From Candidatus Eiseniibacteriota bacterium (GTDB lineage: Bacteria > Arandabacterota > Arandabacteria > Arandabacterales > Arandabacteraceae): a stretch of DNA of 64,000 bases. A program made the position numbers and the translations under genes. The stretch covers positions 77,975 through 141,974 of the forward strand of contig JBDRNT010000161.1 in the NCBI GenBank assembly GCA_043810925.1. The letters are read 5' to 3'. Shown here piece after piece: positions 47,171 through 57,205 of the stretch. Within the stretch, counting starts at the first letter, position 1. Each line of letters starts with the position of its first letter. The notes under the pieces were generated by a model. It had not been told where the DNA came from, did not search any database, and saw only the letters and a program-made list of their open reading frames with translations.

Positions 47171-48745
47171 CTATATCTCATACCCAATTCCCTTGAGGTT
47201 CCTGCGGATGGCCTTTTCGAGTTTCCTGGACTCCTTGAACTGATCGGCGAGTTGGCCCGTGAGACGCCTCATCTTCTCATCGAAGGGCTCGTCGTCCTCC
47301 TCTGCCGGTTCAACCCCGACATACCGGCCCGGTGTCAAAACGTGGCTGTGCTCCCGGATGTCATCAATGGATGCGCTCTTGCAGAACCCGGGCCTGTCCT
47401 TGTACTTGCGCTTCCACTGCTTTCCACGCCAGGCATGGTAGGTGCCCGCAATCCGGGCGATATCCTCTTCGGTCAACTCCCGGTGTGTGCGGTCAACCAT
47501 AGTGCCCATTTTGCGCACGTCTATAAAGAGCACCTCGCCCTGCCGCTTCCGGTGGCGGCCATTCTTCCTATCACGCGATACAAACCAGAGGCATGCCGGG
47601 ATCTGAGTGCCATAGAAGAGCTGGCCGGGCAGGGCGATCATGCAGTCAACCAGGTCTTTCTCTATCAGGCTTTTGCGTATCTCTCCTTCACCCGACTGAC
47701 TCGAGCTCATTGACCCGTTGGCCAGAACGAAACCGGCTATTCCCGTTGGTGCAAGATGATGGATCATCTGCTGGACCCATGCGAAGTTGGCATTGCCGAC
47801 AGGCGGAACACCGTACTTCCACCGGACATCATCCCGCAGGAGCTCACCGCCCCAATCGCTGACGTTGAAGGGTGGATTAGCAAGTATGTAATCCGCCTTG
47901 AGATCCCTGTGGAGATCGTTATGGAAGCTGTCGCCATGGTGGGGACCAAGGTTGGCCTCAATGCCACGAATGGCGAGGTTCATTTTGGCTATCCGCCAGG
48001 TTGTGGGATTCGATTCCTGTCCATATATCGAAAGATCGCCGATCTTGCCTCCATGAGCAGTGATGAATTCTTCACTCTGGACAAACATCCCCGACGAGCC
48101 GCAGCAAGGGTCATATACCCGCCCCTTGAAAGGTTCAATCATCTCAACCAGGAGCCTCACAATGCAGCGAGGGGTATAGAACTCTCCGCCTTTCTTGCCT
48201 TCGGCACTGGCAAACTGCGACAGGAAGTATTCGTACACACGGCCGAGGATGTCCTTCGAGCGGTTCTCTTTGTCACCGAGGGCTATCGTGCCGACTAGAT
48301 CGATGAGTTCTCCGAGCCTCTGTTTGTCTAGTGCCGGCCGCGCATAGTCTTTAGGAAGCACACCCTTTAGGGTCTTGTTGTCGTGCTCGATCGCGAGCAT
48401 TGCATCGTCGATCAGCTTGCCGATCTTCGGCTGTTTGGCATTTGCCTGAAGGTACGACCACCGAGCAGCCTTCGGCACCCAGAAGATGTTGAAGGCGCGG
48501 TATTCATCCGGATCTTCCGGGTCGGCCCCCGCCCTCTTCTGGCCGACCAGCTCGGTGTGTTTCTCCTCGAAGGCATCGGAGATGTACTTAAGGAAGATGA
48601 GTCCAAGAACGACGTGTTTGTACTCGGCGGCATCCATGTTGCTTCTGAGCTTGTCCGCCGCTTGCCAGAGTTTGGCTTCGAAGCCCAGTGTGGCACCGCT
48701 TGCAGCCGCTTTCGTCTTCCGCGTCGGTCCCCGTCCGGTCGCCAT
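47171..48745 (-). CDS. hsdM: Type I RM methyltransferase subunit
   Basis: [37 protein letters not shown]. Confidence 0.96.
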   Translation of the reverse strand: MATGRGPTRKTKAAASGATLGFEAKLWQAADKLRSNMDAAEYKHVVLGLIFLKYISDAFEEKHTELVGQKRAGADPEDPDEYRAFNIFWVPKAARWSYLQANAKQPKIGKLIDDAMLAIEHDNKTLKGVLPKDYARPALDKQRLGELIDLVGTIALGDKENRSKDILGRVYEYFLSQFASAEGKKGGEFYTPRCIVRLLVEMIEPFKGRVYDPCCGSSGMFVQSEEFITAHGGKIGDLSIYGQESNPTTWRIAKMNLAIRGIEANLGPHHGDSFHNDLHRDLKADYILANPPFNVSDWGGELLRDDVRWKYGVPPVGNANFAWVQQMIHHLAPTGIAGFVLANGSMSSSQSGEGEIRKSLIEKDLVDCMIALPGQLFYGTQIPACLWFVSRDRKNGRHRKRQGEVLFIDVRKMGTMVDRTHRELTEEDIARIAGTYHAWRGKQWKRKYKDRPGFCKSASIDDIREHSHVLTPGRYVGVEPAEEDDEPFDEKMRRLTGQLADQFKESRKLEKAIRRNLKGIGYEI

Positions 48746-48753
48746 ATCCCGCC

Positions 48754-48969
48754 TCAATGACTGTCTACCAGGGACAACTTGAGCTTCCCTCGCCTGGCCA
48801 TCCGCATGCAGAAACTGTCAAGCTGTGCCCTTGCCAGTTTGGACGGCTTGAACTGACCGTTCTCCCACCGGTTCACGCTTGCGAAGCTTACACCTAACTC
48901 ACGAGCGAGATCCTCCTGGCTGAGGCCGAGTTGACTACGGATCTCCTTCAGTAGCGCAGGGTAGTCCAT
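48754..48969 (-). CDS. XRE-family HTH regulator heading the hsd operon
   Basis: [41 protein letters not shown]; upstream palindrome TGATAT-N4-ATATCA (49018-49033). Confidence 0.88.
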   Translation of the reverse strand: MDYPALLKEIRSQLGLSQEDLARELGVSFASVNRWENGQFKPSKLARAQLDSFCMRMARRGKLKLSLVDSH

Positions 48970-49176
48970 TTCTCCTGGTGTCATATCTGGATTCCTCTGC
49001 AGATGCTCCTGGTACGTTGATATCATAATATCACATGCTATACCACCTGCAAGAGGAAAATACAAGAAAGGTGAGATCAGCATTTGTGCAGCAGACTGCC
49101 GCACAATTCGGTGAATCGGCCGGCACCCGCCTTACGCCACACTTGATGTTCCAGATTGGAACTGCAAGTCTCCGGG

Positions 49177-49635
49177 TTACGCCTTCAGCTCCGACGTACA
49201 GAAGCCGCAACGGGTTGCCGGAATAGGAATAACCGAGTAGCAGTACGGGCATTCCTTGGTCGTCGGCACGGCCGGCGGTGCTTCCGCTTCCTTCTTCATG
49301 TTGTTGATACTGCGTATAAGCATAAACACGCAGAACGCGACGATGATGAAGCTGATGATGGTATTCAGGAACACCCCATAGTTGACTGAAACTGCGCCGG
49401 CCGCCTGTGCATCGGCAAGCGATGCATATGGACCCGGGGTGATGCCTTGCTTCAAGACCGCGAAGAGATTGGCGAAATCAACGTTGCCCAGCAGCATCCC
49501 GATAGGCGGCATGATGACATCGGCGACAAGTGACTTGATTATAGTGCCGAAGGCAGCACCGATTATGATGCCTACGGCCATGTCAACCACATTGCCGCGT
49601 ATGGCGAAGTCCTTAAACTCCTTCATAACTGACAT
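49177..49635 (-). CDS. mscL: Large-conductance mechanosensitive channel with C-terminal CxxC...CxxC
   Basis: [26 protein letters not shown]...[17 protein letters not shown]; tail CPYC...RCGFC. Confidence 0.95.
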   Translation of the reverse strand: MSVMKEFKDFAIRGNVVDMAVGIIIGAAFGTIIKSLVADVIMPPIGMLLGNVDFANLFAVLKQGITPGPYASLADAQAAGAVSVNYGVFLNTIISFIIVAFCVFMLIRSINNMKKEAEAPPAVPTTKECPYCYSVIPIPATRCGFCTSELKA

Positions 49636-49830
49636 GGGTCCCCCTCCTTTGGTTAGTCCACACAGATGGGTTCGCGACACATTGTCCACGAATCGGCACC
49701 TTGATGTCAATGGCTTTCCCGCGGGGGGCACTCCTCCTGCAAAACAGCCAAAGTGCTATGAATAGGAGGCCTGTATACGTTATCCTCCGCTGGAGTTGTC
49801 GTATTCTATCAAGGGGGTTGAGAAGTCACT

Positions 49831-51072
49831 GTGAAGTACAGCAAAACCTTCGTTCTTGGTGTCGTTAACGGTGTGCTGTTCAATCTCGCGGAGGCATTGG
49901 TCGGTGGCACCACGGTCCTGCCCACATTTGTCAGCAGCATCACGACCTCGAAGGTACTGGTCGGGCTCTCCGGGACGATGGGGAATGCAGGCTGGCTCAT
50001 GCCCCAGCTCGTGGTCGCAAACCTTATAGGACACGCCAGGCACAAGAAGCCCGTATATGTCTGGGCTGGTGCCGTCAGGATCGCAGCAATCTGGGCAATA
50101 GCCTTGCTGGTCGCCAGACTGGCTAAATCTGACTCTGTACCTTTCGTAATCGCATTCTTCGCACTGTACACGGTCTATTGTCTCGGGGCGGGTGTGGCCG
50201 GCATACCGTTTATGGATATCGTCGGTAAGGCAGTACCAGCTCAGAGACGCGGGACTTTCTTCGGAGCAAGACTTTTCTTCGGTGGCATCGCAGCCGCACT
50301 GGGCGGGATATTCGTAAGGAACGTCCTTGCATCCCGGCCGTTTCCCGAAAGTTACGCCGTCCTCTTCATAACGGCATCGGTGATCATCACCCTGGCTATC
50401 ATAGCCTTCTGCTTCGTCTCGGAGCCCGAGGCGACAGTCCGGGAGCCACGAATGCCGTTCCGGCGTTTCCTGCTCAAGGGTCCGTTCCTCCTTAAGAATG
50501 TGAGGAGCTACCGGTTGCTTCTCATCGTAAGGGTAATGCTGGGCGTGTGGGGTATGGCCCTGCCGTTTTACGTCATCTACGCTCGAGAGCGGCTGGCGCT
50601 CGGGCCCGCCGCAGTGGGAGTCTTCTTGTCGATTCAGATGGTCGGTATGATCCTGTCCAACGTGCTGTGGGGAGCTCTGAGCAACCGGACCGGTAACAAG
50701 ATCGTGCTTGTATTGGTCTCCGCGGTCGCGATTCTGTCCCCGCTGATCGCAATCCTCACCAACGTGGTGTCACCTCTCCGGAATACCGTGGGCTTCGGTA
50801 TGGTGTTCTTCTTTCTTGGATTCACGCTGAGCGGCATCACGCTGGGCCATTCTAGCTACATGCTCGACGTATCTCCCGAGACTGAGAGACCGGTATATCT
50901 TGGTTTTATGAACACCTTCCTCGCACCCGTCATGTTGCTGTCCGCAGTCGGTGGCTATCTAATCGAGAAGACGTCTTACGAAGTCCTCTTCTTCACGGTC
51001 ATGGGCGCCGGCTTGATCGCCTTGATCTTCTCCGTCCAGCTTGAAGAGCCCAGGCGCCAGGAGGCACCGTAA
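49831..51072 (+). CDS. MFS transporter
   Basis: About 12 TM helices, WGALSNRTGNK motif. Confidence 0.88.
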   Translation: MKYSKTFVLGVVNGVLFNLAEALVGGTTVLPTFVSSITTSKVLVGLSGTMGNAGWLMPQLVVANLIGHARHKKPVYVWAGAVRIAAIWAIALLVARLAKSDSVPFVIAFFALYTVYCLGAGVAGIPFMDIVGKAVPAQRRGTFFGARLFFGGIAAALGGIFVRNVLASRPFPESYAVLFITASVIITLAIIAFCFVSEPEATVREPRMPFRRFLLKGPFLLKNVRSYRLLLIVRVMLGVWGMALPFYVIYARERLALGPAAVGVFLSIQMVGMILSNVLWGALSNRTGNKIVLVLVSAVAILSPLIAILTNVVSPLRNTVGFGMVFFFLGFTLSGITLGHSSYMLDVSPETERPVYLGFMNTFLAPVMLLSAVGGYLIEKTSYEVLFFTVMGAGLIALIFSVQLEEPRRQEAP

Positions 51073-51271
51073 CTCTTCGGTCACAGGTGTAAGTAAACGT
51101 TACACACACCGAATTCGTTGACGCTCCAGCCGTTAAGCCCCCAACCACACCGGGGCACCGTCAGAATGGTTACACTCAAGCCCCACCTGCAGAGTACAAT
51201 CTCCCCAACGCCGTCCTTCTATCTGACGGTTTGACAACGGTATCCGGGTTCTATGCGTGCATTACGCAATG

Positions 51272-51287
51272 TGGCATCGTCTTTGCA
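51272..51287 (+). promoter_or_regulatory. sigma54 -24/-12 site
   Basis: TGGCAT-CGTCT-TTGCA. Confidence 0.65.
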
Positions 51288-51429
51288 GTTGGAGCATGCG
51301 GAGGTTCCTAGGGGGCGAACGGGAGCCGCGCGAACCTGCGGGTGGCGGCACCGTCGATCGGTGAAGTGTTGGGATGTGTGGTAAGCCGGTTCCCGTTCCA
51401 TTTTGACAGCTGAATTCGATTCGAGATAG

Positions 51430-52338
51430 GTGGACTGTGGTGATGACGTCGTGAAGAGACTTAATGATATGACACTCTCAGGGGATTGGTCCAACACTGT
51501 AAGGAGGTTACTCAGGTTTTCCAGTTTTCTGTTGCTTTTCCTTCTTCCTCTAAATTCCCTCGCTCAATCTCACCTCTGGAAGCATAGACCCTTCCGTGCG
51601 ACTGACACTGAACATTCTGGCGGCGATCACATCTGTGACCTCAGAAGGGATAGCGACGGAGATGGAAGACCTGACAGGCTCGGCGATTGCGTTCGGCTTT
51701 CTGGAACAGTGATCGCCGAGCCCTCCACCTTTGAGACCGGCGGGTGGATCTTCTGGATAAGGGATAGTACATGCGGCGTCATGGTCTATGGCGAACCCGA
51801 AGACTTCGCCATAGGCGACTATGTGGATGTCCGGGGTTGGCTAAGGGTCACAAACGGGAACTACTTCTTTCCCGAAACAGGCCTTGGAACACTGGGGGAT
51901 GTCGCAGTCGAGAACGGCGGTGTCACTCTCAAAGGTGGGCAGGGTAATCATCTGCCTGAAGTTATCACCGCACGCGAGTTCTGTGGCAATCGCGAGAGGT
52001 ATGGCGGAAGCCTTGTCTCGATAGAGGACCTCTCAGTCACATCACTGGCTTCGAGTGAAGCTGGAGATTGGTTTACCTGGGTTCACAGCGGAAGCGACTC
52101 CATTGTCGTCTACCTCGATGGAGATACGGGGTGCTCACTTAAGCAGGAACCCGGCACAACCGTTACGATCACAGGCTTGGTCATCCGTATGAAGACGTCT
52201 TCCGGTTTTGCTGACTCGCCTTCGTGGTGCATCACACCAAGATGCATGGACGACATCGAGAGCGAAAGTCGTTACTCGCTTGTAAGCCGGCAGACGTGGA
52301 GTGAACTCAAGTCAGGTTTCTTCAATAATCAGGACTGA
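51430..52338 (+). CDS. Exported hypothetical protein (OB-fold-like repeats, DxDGD loop, TWSELK tail)
   Basis: Hydrophobic signal-like stretch; DSDGDGRPD; IRDSTCGVMVY...IGDYVDVRG; ends RQTWSELKSGFF. Start codon uncertain. Confidence 0.7.
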   Translation: MDCGDDVVKRLNDMTLSGDWSNTVRRLLRFSSFLLLFLLPLNSLAQSHLWKHRPFRATDTEHSGGDHICDLRRDSDGDGRPDRLGDCVRLSGTVIAEPSTFETGGWIFWIRDSTCGVMVYGEPEDFAIGDYVDVRGWLRVTNGNYFFPETGLGTLGDVAVENGGVTLKGGQGNHLPEVITAREFCGNRERYGGSLVSIEDLSVTSLASSEAGDWFTWVHSGSDSIVVYLDGDTGCSLKQEPGTTVTITGLVIRMKTSSGFADSPSWCITPRCMDDIESESRYSLVSRQTWSELKSGFFNNQD

Positions 52339-53090
52339 ACCCGGGGTGCCATAATCTCTTCGAGGGCTTCCCGCAGGGTCTGTGGATCAAGTTTTCTCCT
52401 CAGGTTACCCCGGACGGAAATCGAAATGCCTCCGGTTTCCTCCGAGACAACAACAACCACAGCGTCGGTCTCCTCCGTAATCCCGGCCGCGGCCTTATGG
52501 CGCATACCCAGCGTTACGGGTAGCATCGGGTTTTCCGATAACGGCAGCACGCAGCCGGCTGCAACGATCTCTTCCCTTACTATGATACACGCCCCATCGT
52601 GGAGAGGAGTCTGCGGTGTGAATATGGTACAGAGGAGTTCATAGGTCACCTTCGCGCTGATCCGCGTCCCGGTCTCGATGTAGTTCCTTAGACTTGCCTC
52701 TCTCGCGATGACTATCAGGGCCCCGGTCTTTCTGAGCGAAAGCTCCCTTGTCGCCCGTACGATCTCATCAAGCACGGCAAGATGCTCCGGTCGCATGAAA
52801 TACCGCACAACTCTGCTCTGACCGAGTTGGGCAAGCACGCGTCTGAGCTCCGGCTGGAATATGATGACAAAGGCTACGACCCACACTGTCTTGAGGCTTG
52901 AGATGAGCCAGTTGAATGCATCCAATCGGAGCCAGTCCGCAATGAATGAAGCGGCGATTATTATTATCAACCCGAGGAACATCTGGGCGGCCCTGGTCCC
53001 TCTTATCAGTTGAAACAGTTTGAAGAAAAGGAAGGTGACGATAACCACATCGAGGATATCGATCCACCAGCCGCTTATCCATCCAATCAA
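52329..53090 (-). CDS. dacA: Diadenylate cyclase CdaA/DacA
   Basis: Three TM helices, IFQPELRR, TPLHDGA, LGMRHKAA, VSEETG. Confidence 0.94.
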   Translation of the reverse strand: MIGWISGWWIDILDVVIVTFLFFKLFQLIRGTRAAQMFLGLIIIIAASFIADWLRLDAFNWLISSLKTVWVVAFVIIFQPELRRVLAQLGQSRVVRYFMRPEHLAVLDEIVRATRELSLRKTGALIVIAREASLRNYIETGTRISAKVTYELLCTIFTPQTPLHDGACIIVREEIVAAGCVLPLSENPMLPVTLGMRHKAAAGITEETDAVVVVVSEETGGISISVRGNLRRKLDPQTLREALEEIMAPRVQS

Positions 53091-53950
53091 CTGCAGACCC
53101 CCGCTCTCCGGAATCCTTCCTGACCGGTCAGCTCAGCCACCATATCAAGCGCTCTTGATACACTCGCGACGTCGTGCACCCTGACGATGCTCGCTCCCTT
53201 GAGCGCGCCGACTACGCAGCATGCTATCGTTGCCTCGAGCCTGTCCTCGGGCTTCTGCCCGAGCGTTTTTCCCATGAATGACTTCCTTGAAGGACCGAGG
53301 AGCACGGGCTTGCCGATATCCACAAACTCCTCGAGCCGCGCGATGAGATCAACACATTGCCCGGCCGTCTTCGAGAAGCCTATACCCGGATCGATTACTA
53401 TGCTCTCCGGATCGATACCGCGGCGCTCGGCGGAGGCGACCCTGTCCGAAATCTCCTTCTTCACATCCAGCACCACATCGTCGTAGTCAGTGAACGACTG
53501 CATGTTCTCGGGAGTACCGCGCATATGCATGATCACGACCGGAACACCGTAGCGCTTCACAACGTCCGGCATTGCCTCGTCAAAGGACAGTCCGCTTATG
53601 TCATTTATCATGTGCGCGCCGAGCTCCAGCATTGTCTCCGCAACAACCGCCCTGCGGGTATCGATAGAAACGGGAACGTTGATACTCCGGACCAGATGTT
53701 CCACGACGGGACCAATCCGCCGGATCTCCTCTTCGGCACTGACGGGCTCGCAGCCGGGACGAGTGGATTCCCCACCGATGTCTATTATATCGGCGCCATC
53801 CTCCGCCATCCGCCCCGCCCTCTCGACGGCACACTCAACTGTGGCAAAGCGGCCTCCGTCCCAGAAGGAATCAGGTGTGACATTGAGTATTCCCATGATA
53901 CGCGGTTTCGTACCGAGCTCGAGGGTGTAACCCCTCAGTGCCAGTTTCAA
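53087..53950 (-). CDS. folP: Dihydropteroate synthase
   Basis: MGILNVTPDSF, IDIGGESTRPG, DPGIGF, SRKSF, VRVHDV. Confidence 0.97.
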   Translation of the reverse strand: MKLALRGYTLELGTKPRIMGILNVTPDSFWDGGRFATVECAVERAGRMAEDGADIIDIGGESTRPGCEPVSAEEEIRRIGPVVEHLVRSINVPVSIDTRRAVVAETMLELGAHMINDISGLSFDEAMPDVVKRYGVPVVIMHMRGTPENMQSFTDYDDVVLDVKKEISDRVASAERRGIDPESIVIDPGIGFSKTAGQCVDLIARLEEFVDIGKPVLLGPSRKSFMGKTLGQKPEDRLEATIACCVVGALKGASIVRVHDVASVSRALDMVAELTGQEGFRRAGVCS

Positions 53951-53985
53951 GTTTCCCCCCGACGACAGATCTGTAATCCGGTAGT

Positions 53986-54576
53986 TTACCCTGAAAGCGC
54001 TGAGACGACAAGGGCTTGCCTCTCAGGCTGTTTGAGTATTCCCCTTGCTTCAGTGGTGACTATGCGCGCACCCGGTTTCTTGACTCCCCTGATGGTCATA
54101 CAGAGATGCTCGGCATCAACAATGACGTAGACCCCGGACGGCTTGAGCTCCCGGTTAATCAGGTTGGCTATCTCGCTTGTCATACGCTCCTGAATCTGAA
54201 GCCGGTGAGCGATCGCATCTACCGCCCTGACTATCTTGCTTATCCCGACGATGCGTCTGCCGCGGGGAACATACGCAACCGCGACTGTTCCCATGAAGGG
54301 AAGCAGATGATGCTCGCAGACGGATGTAAAGGCTATGCTCTTGACCACCACCAGGTCGTGATTGTGTTCGGCCTTTATCGGTTTTAGATACCTGGCAGGA
54401 TCGTCCCGTGCGCCCGACAGGATCTCCTCGTAGAGATCACAGACGCGCCGCGGCGTCTCACCGAGGCCCCGCCTCGAGATCCTCTCGCCGACACCCTCGA
54501 GCAGGAGCTTCACTGCACGTTCCACTTTGGCACGGTCGAAACCCGACTTTGGCCTCTTGCTTCCCCGCCCGGGCAT
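53986..54576 (-). CDS. folE: GTP cyclohydrolase I
   Basis: ETPRRV, SVCEHHLLPF, RLQIQER, HLCMTIRGV. Confidence 0.96.
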   Translation of the reverse strand: MPGRGSKRPKSGFDRAKVERAVKLLLEGVGERISRRGLGETPRRVCDLYEEILSGARDDPARYLKPIKAEHNHDLVVVKSIAFTSVCEHHLLPFMGTVAVAYVPRGRRIVGISKIVRAVDAIAHRLQIQERMTSEIANLINRELKPSGVYVIVDAEHLCMTIRGVKKPGARIVTTEARGILKQPERQALVVSALSG

Positions 54577-56651
54577 CAGCCTCGCTCCTTTGCCGGCTCG
54601 TCTGCCCGCTCGTCCTTAGGTGGCGGCCCGGCAGGCTGCTGGGGCGGGGTCTCAGCCCGAGATTCGGCTACAGCGGCTTCATCAGCCGCTTCCTCTTTGC
54701 GGGCCGCCGGCTCCAGCTTCTCGCCTCTCAGCACCCTGTCGATTTCATCGCGGTCGAGTATTTCCTTTTCAAGAAGTGCACTCGCAAGGTTCTTGAGTCC
54801 GTCGATATTGTCACTTATGAGTTTCTCAGCCCGCTCCTCAGCGGTATCGACGATGAGTCTCACTTCCTTATCTATCAGTAGCGCCGTCTTCTCACTGTAA
54901 TCCCGGTGCTGTGCGATCTCCCTGCCGAGGAATATCTGCTCTTCCTTGCGACCGAAACTCAGCGGGCCCAGGTTATCGCTCATTCCCCATTCGCAGACCA
55001 TCTTTCTGGCCACTTCCGTGGCTTTGTCGATATCGGACTTGGCGCCGGTCGTAAGTTCATTGAACACCTCCTTCTCGGCGGCACGCCCGCCCAGGAAGAC
55101 TGCGAGCTCAGCCATGAGCATGGTACGCGAGAAGTTGTGCCTGTCGTCAATCGGAAGCTGGGCTGTCATGCCGAGCGCCTGGCCCCTGGGTACGATTGTC
55201 ACCTTGTGAAGCGGGTCCGCTTCGGGGATAAGACTCGCAACGAGTGCATGACCGGCTTCATGATAGGCAATTCGTTCCTTTTCTTCCTCACTGATGAGCA
55301 GGCTCTTGCGCTCCGGGCCCATCATCACCTTGTCCTTGGCCTCCTCAAAATCGGTCATCATAACACTCTTGCGATCTCTCCGCGCCGCAAGCAGCGCGGC
55401 TTCGTTCACTATGTTTTCAAGATCGGCACCGGAAAGCCCCGGTGTACCACGTGCTATCAGTCTGAGTTCGACATCGTCGGCAAGCGGGATCTTTCGGGTA
55501 TGCACCTTGAGTATGCCTTCACGTCCGTTGATGTCCGGCATATCTACCACGATCTGGCGGTCAAACCTCCCCGGTCTCAGGAGTGCCGGATCGAGCACGT
55601 CGGGTCTGTTGGTCGCCGCAAGCAGAATCACACCATCGTTCGATTCGAATCCATCCATCTCGACAAGCAACTGATTCAGTGTCTGCTCACGCTCATCGTG
55701 CCCGCCACCGAGACCGGCTCCGCGGTGCCTGCCGACGGCATCTATCTCGTCTATGAAGATTATGCAGGGTGCTTGCTTCTTACCCTGCTCGAAGAGATCC
55801 CTGACCCTCGACGCACCGACACCCACAAACATCTCGACGAAATCCGATCCGCTTATGCTGAAGAACGGCACCTCCGCCTCTCCGGCCACGGCTTTTGCAA
55901 GAAGCGTCTTGCCCGTACCCGGTGCGCCCAGAAGCAGGGCCCCTTTGGGGATCCGTCCACCCAGCTTCTGGAACTTGCGTGGGTCTCTCAGGAACTCTAT
56001 TATCTCTTGGAGCTCCTCCTTCGCCTCGTCCGCACCGGCCACATCTTCAAAAGTCACTTTTGGTCTGTCACCTGTAATAAGCTTGGCCCGGCTCCTTCCG
56101 AAGGAGAACGCCCTGTTCCCACCGGCCTCCATCTGGCGCATCAACAGGATCATGATCCCGATCAGAAAGAGAATGGGAACCATCGTGGTAAGCAGGAAGC
56201 CGCCCCAGTTACTCTTCTCTCCCTTCGATCCTACATCTACTCCCTTATCGACCGCCCAGATCTTGTCAGGCAGATCGGGATCCTCAGCGGTGAGCCAGGT
56301 CTTGAATTCCACGACAGGCTGCGGCTCATCATTCTTGATCACCACGATCTCGTCCTTGAACTCGCCGTGGACTTCCCGCACGTCGATCGTTATGGATGCG
56401 ATGTTGGCAGCTGCAATCTGAGCGCGCAACTCCGAGTAGAGAATCTCTACCTCGCCCGTTTCCCTTCTCCAGAAGACCGAAACCGCAACGAGCGTAATGA
56501 GAAATAAAACCACCCAGGCCAGCCCGCCCTTCAGACCGCGCCTCGGGGCACCCATCTTCCCATCACCTCTGTAGCCGCGCTTGCCGCCGCCCGACCGTGG
56601 CAATTCCAGCTTATTCTTCCCACCCTGTTTTGGTTTCTGTTTCTCGTCCAT
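54576..56651 (-). CDS. ftsH: ATP-dependent zinc metalloprotease FtsH
   Basis: Two TM helices, [32 protein letters not shown]. Confidence 0.98.
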   Translation of the reverse strand: MDEKQKPKQGGKNKLELPRSGGGKRGYRGDGKMGAPRRGLKGGLAWVVLFLITLVAVSVFWRRETGEVEILYSELRAQIAAANIASITIDVREVHGEFKDEIVVIKNDEPQPVVEFKTWLTAEDPDLPDKIWAVDKGVDVGSKGEKSNWGGFLLTTMVPILFLIGIMILLMRQMEAGGNRAFSFGRSRAKLITGDRPKVTFEDVAGADEAKEELQEIIEFLRDPRKFQKLGGRIPKGALLLGAPGTGKTLLAKAVAGEAEVPFFSISGSDFVEMFVGVGASRVRDLFEQGKKQAPCIIFIDEIDAVGRHRGAGLGGGHDEREQTLNQLLVEMDGFESNDGVILLAATNRPDVLDPALLRPGRFDRQIVVDMPDINGREGILKVHTRKIPLADDVELRLIARGTPGLSGADLENIVNEAALLAARRDRKSVMMTDFEEAKDKVMMGPERKSLLISEEEKERIAYHEAGHALVASLIPEADPLHKVTIVPRGQALGMTAQLPIDDRHNFSRTMLMAELAVFLGGRAAEKEVFNELTTGAKSDIDKATEVARKMVCEWGMSDNLGPLSFGRKEEQIFLGREIAQHRDYSEKTALLIDKEVRLIVDTAEERAEKLISDNIDGLKNLASALLEKEILDRDEIDRVLRGEKLEPAARKEEAADEAAVAESRAETPPQQPAGPPPKDERADEPAKERG

Positions 56652-56671
56652 TTACCTCACCACCCAGTATG

Positions 56672-57196
56672 TTAATCGTCTACGATCATAACCGCAATGT
56701 AAGGCAGGTTCCTGTACTTCTGGTCATAGTCAAGTCCGTAACCTATCACAAACTCATCCGGAATTTCAAAGCCGATGTAATCAATAGGGACCTCTATCTT
56801 CCTTTTCGGCTTCTTATCAAGCAGAGTGCATATCCTCAGACTCTTCGGACGCCTCGCCAGCAGTATCTGCCTGATGTAGTCCAGGGTAAGGCCGCTATCC
56901 ACGATATCCTCAACGATGATCACATCTTCACCTTCGATGTTGATGCTGAGATCCTGAAGTATCCGGACAACACCCGAGCTCTCGGTTCCCCCGTTGTAGC
57001 TTGAGACCGACATGAAATCGATCTCGTGAAGCATTTTAAGCTCCCGTACAAGGTCGGCCAGGAAGATAATCCCGCCCTTTAGGACGCTGACCAGCACAGG
57101 GGTCTTGTCCGCGTAGTCCCGACTGATCTCTTCACCTAGCTCGGCCACGCGACGCTGAATATCAGCCTTTGCAATCAGTATCTCGCCTATGCGCAT
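56672..57196 (-). CDS. hpt: Hypoxanthine phosphoribosyltransferase
   Basis: VLKGG, IVEDIVDSGLTL, FVIGYGLD...YRNLP. Confidence 0.97.
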   Translation of the reverse strand: MRIGEILIAKADIQRRVAELGEEISRDYADKTPVLVSVLKGGIIFLADLVRELKMLHEIDFMSVSSYNGGTESSGVVRILQDLSINIEGEDVIIVEDIVDSGLTLDYIRQILLARRPKSLRICTLLDKKPKRKIEVPIDYIGFEIPDEFVIGYGLDYDQKYRNLPYIAVMIVDD

Positions 57197-57205
57197 CGCC
57201 AGGGT

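Noticed and set aside
21875-49033. 14-nt identity TGATATTATGATAT between the ncRNA promoter and the hsd-operon upstream palindrome
   Set aside because: Both are AT-rich -10-like regions, so chance or promoter convergence explains the match.
40430-49140. RM island as a defined mobile element
   Set aside because: I found no integrase, transposase, flanking direct repeats or tRNA target at its borders.
54906-56507. Long antisense ORFs (e.g. 533 aa opposite ftsH, 471 aa opposite addAB, 395 aa opposite hsdR)
   Set aside because: These are shadow frames of well-supported genes, expected from GC-rich codon bias.
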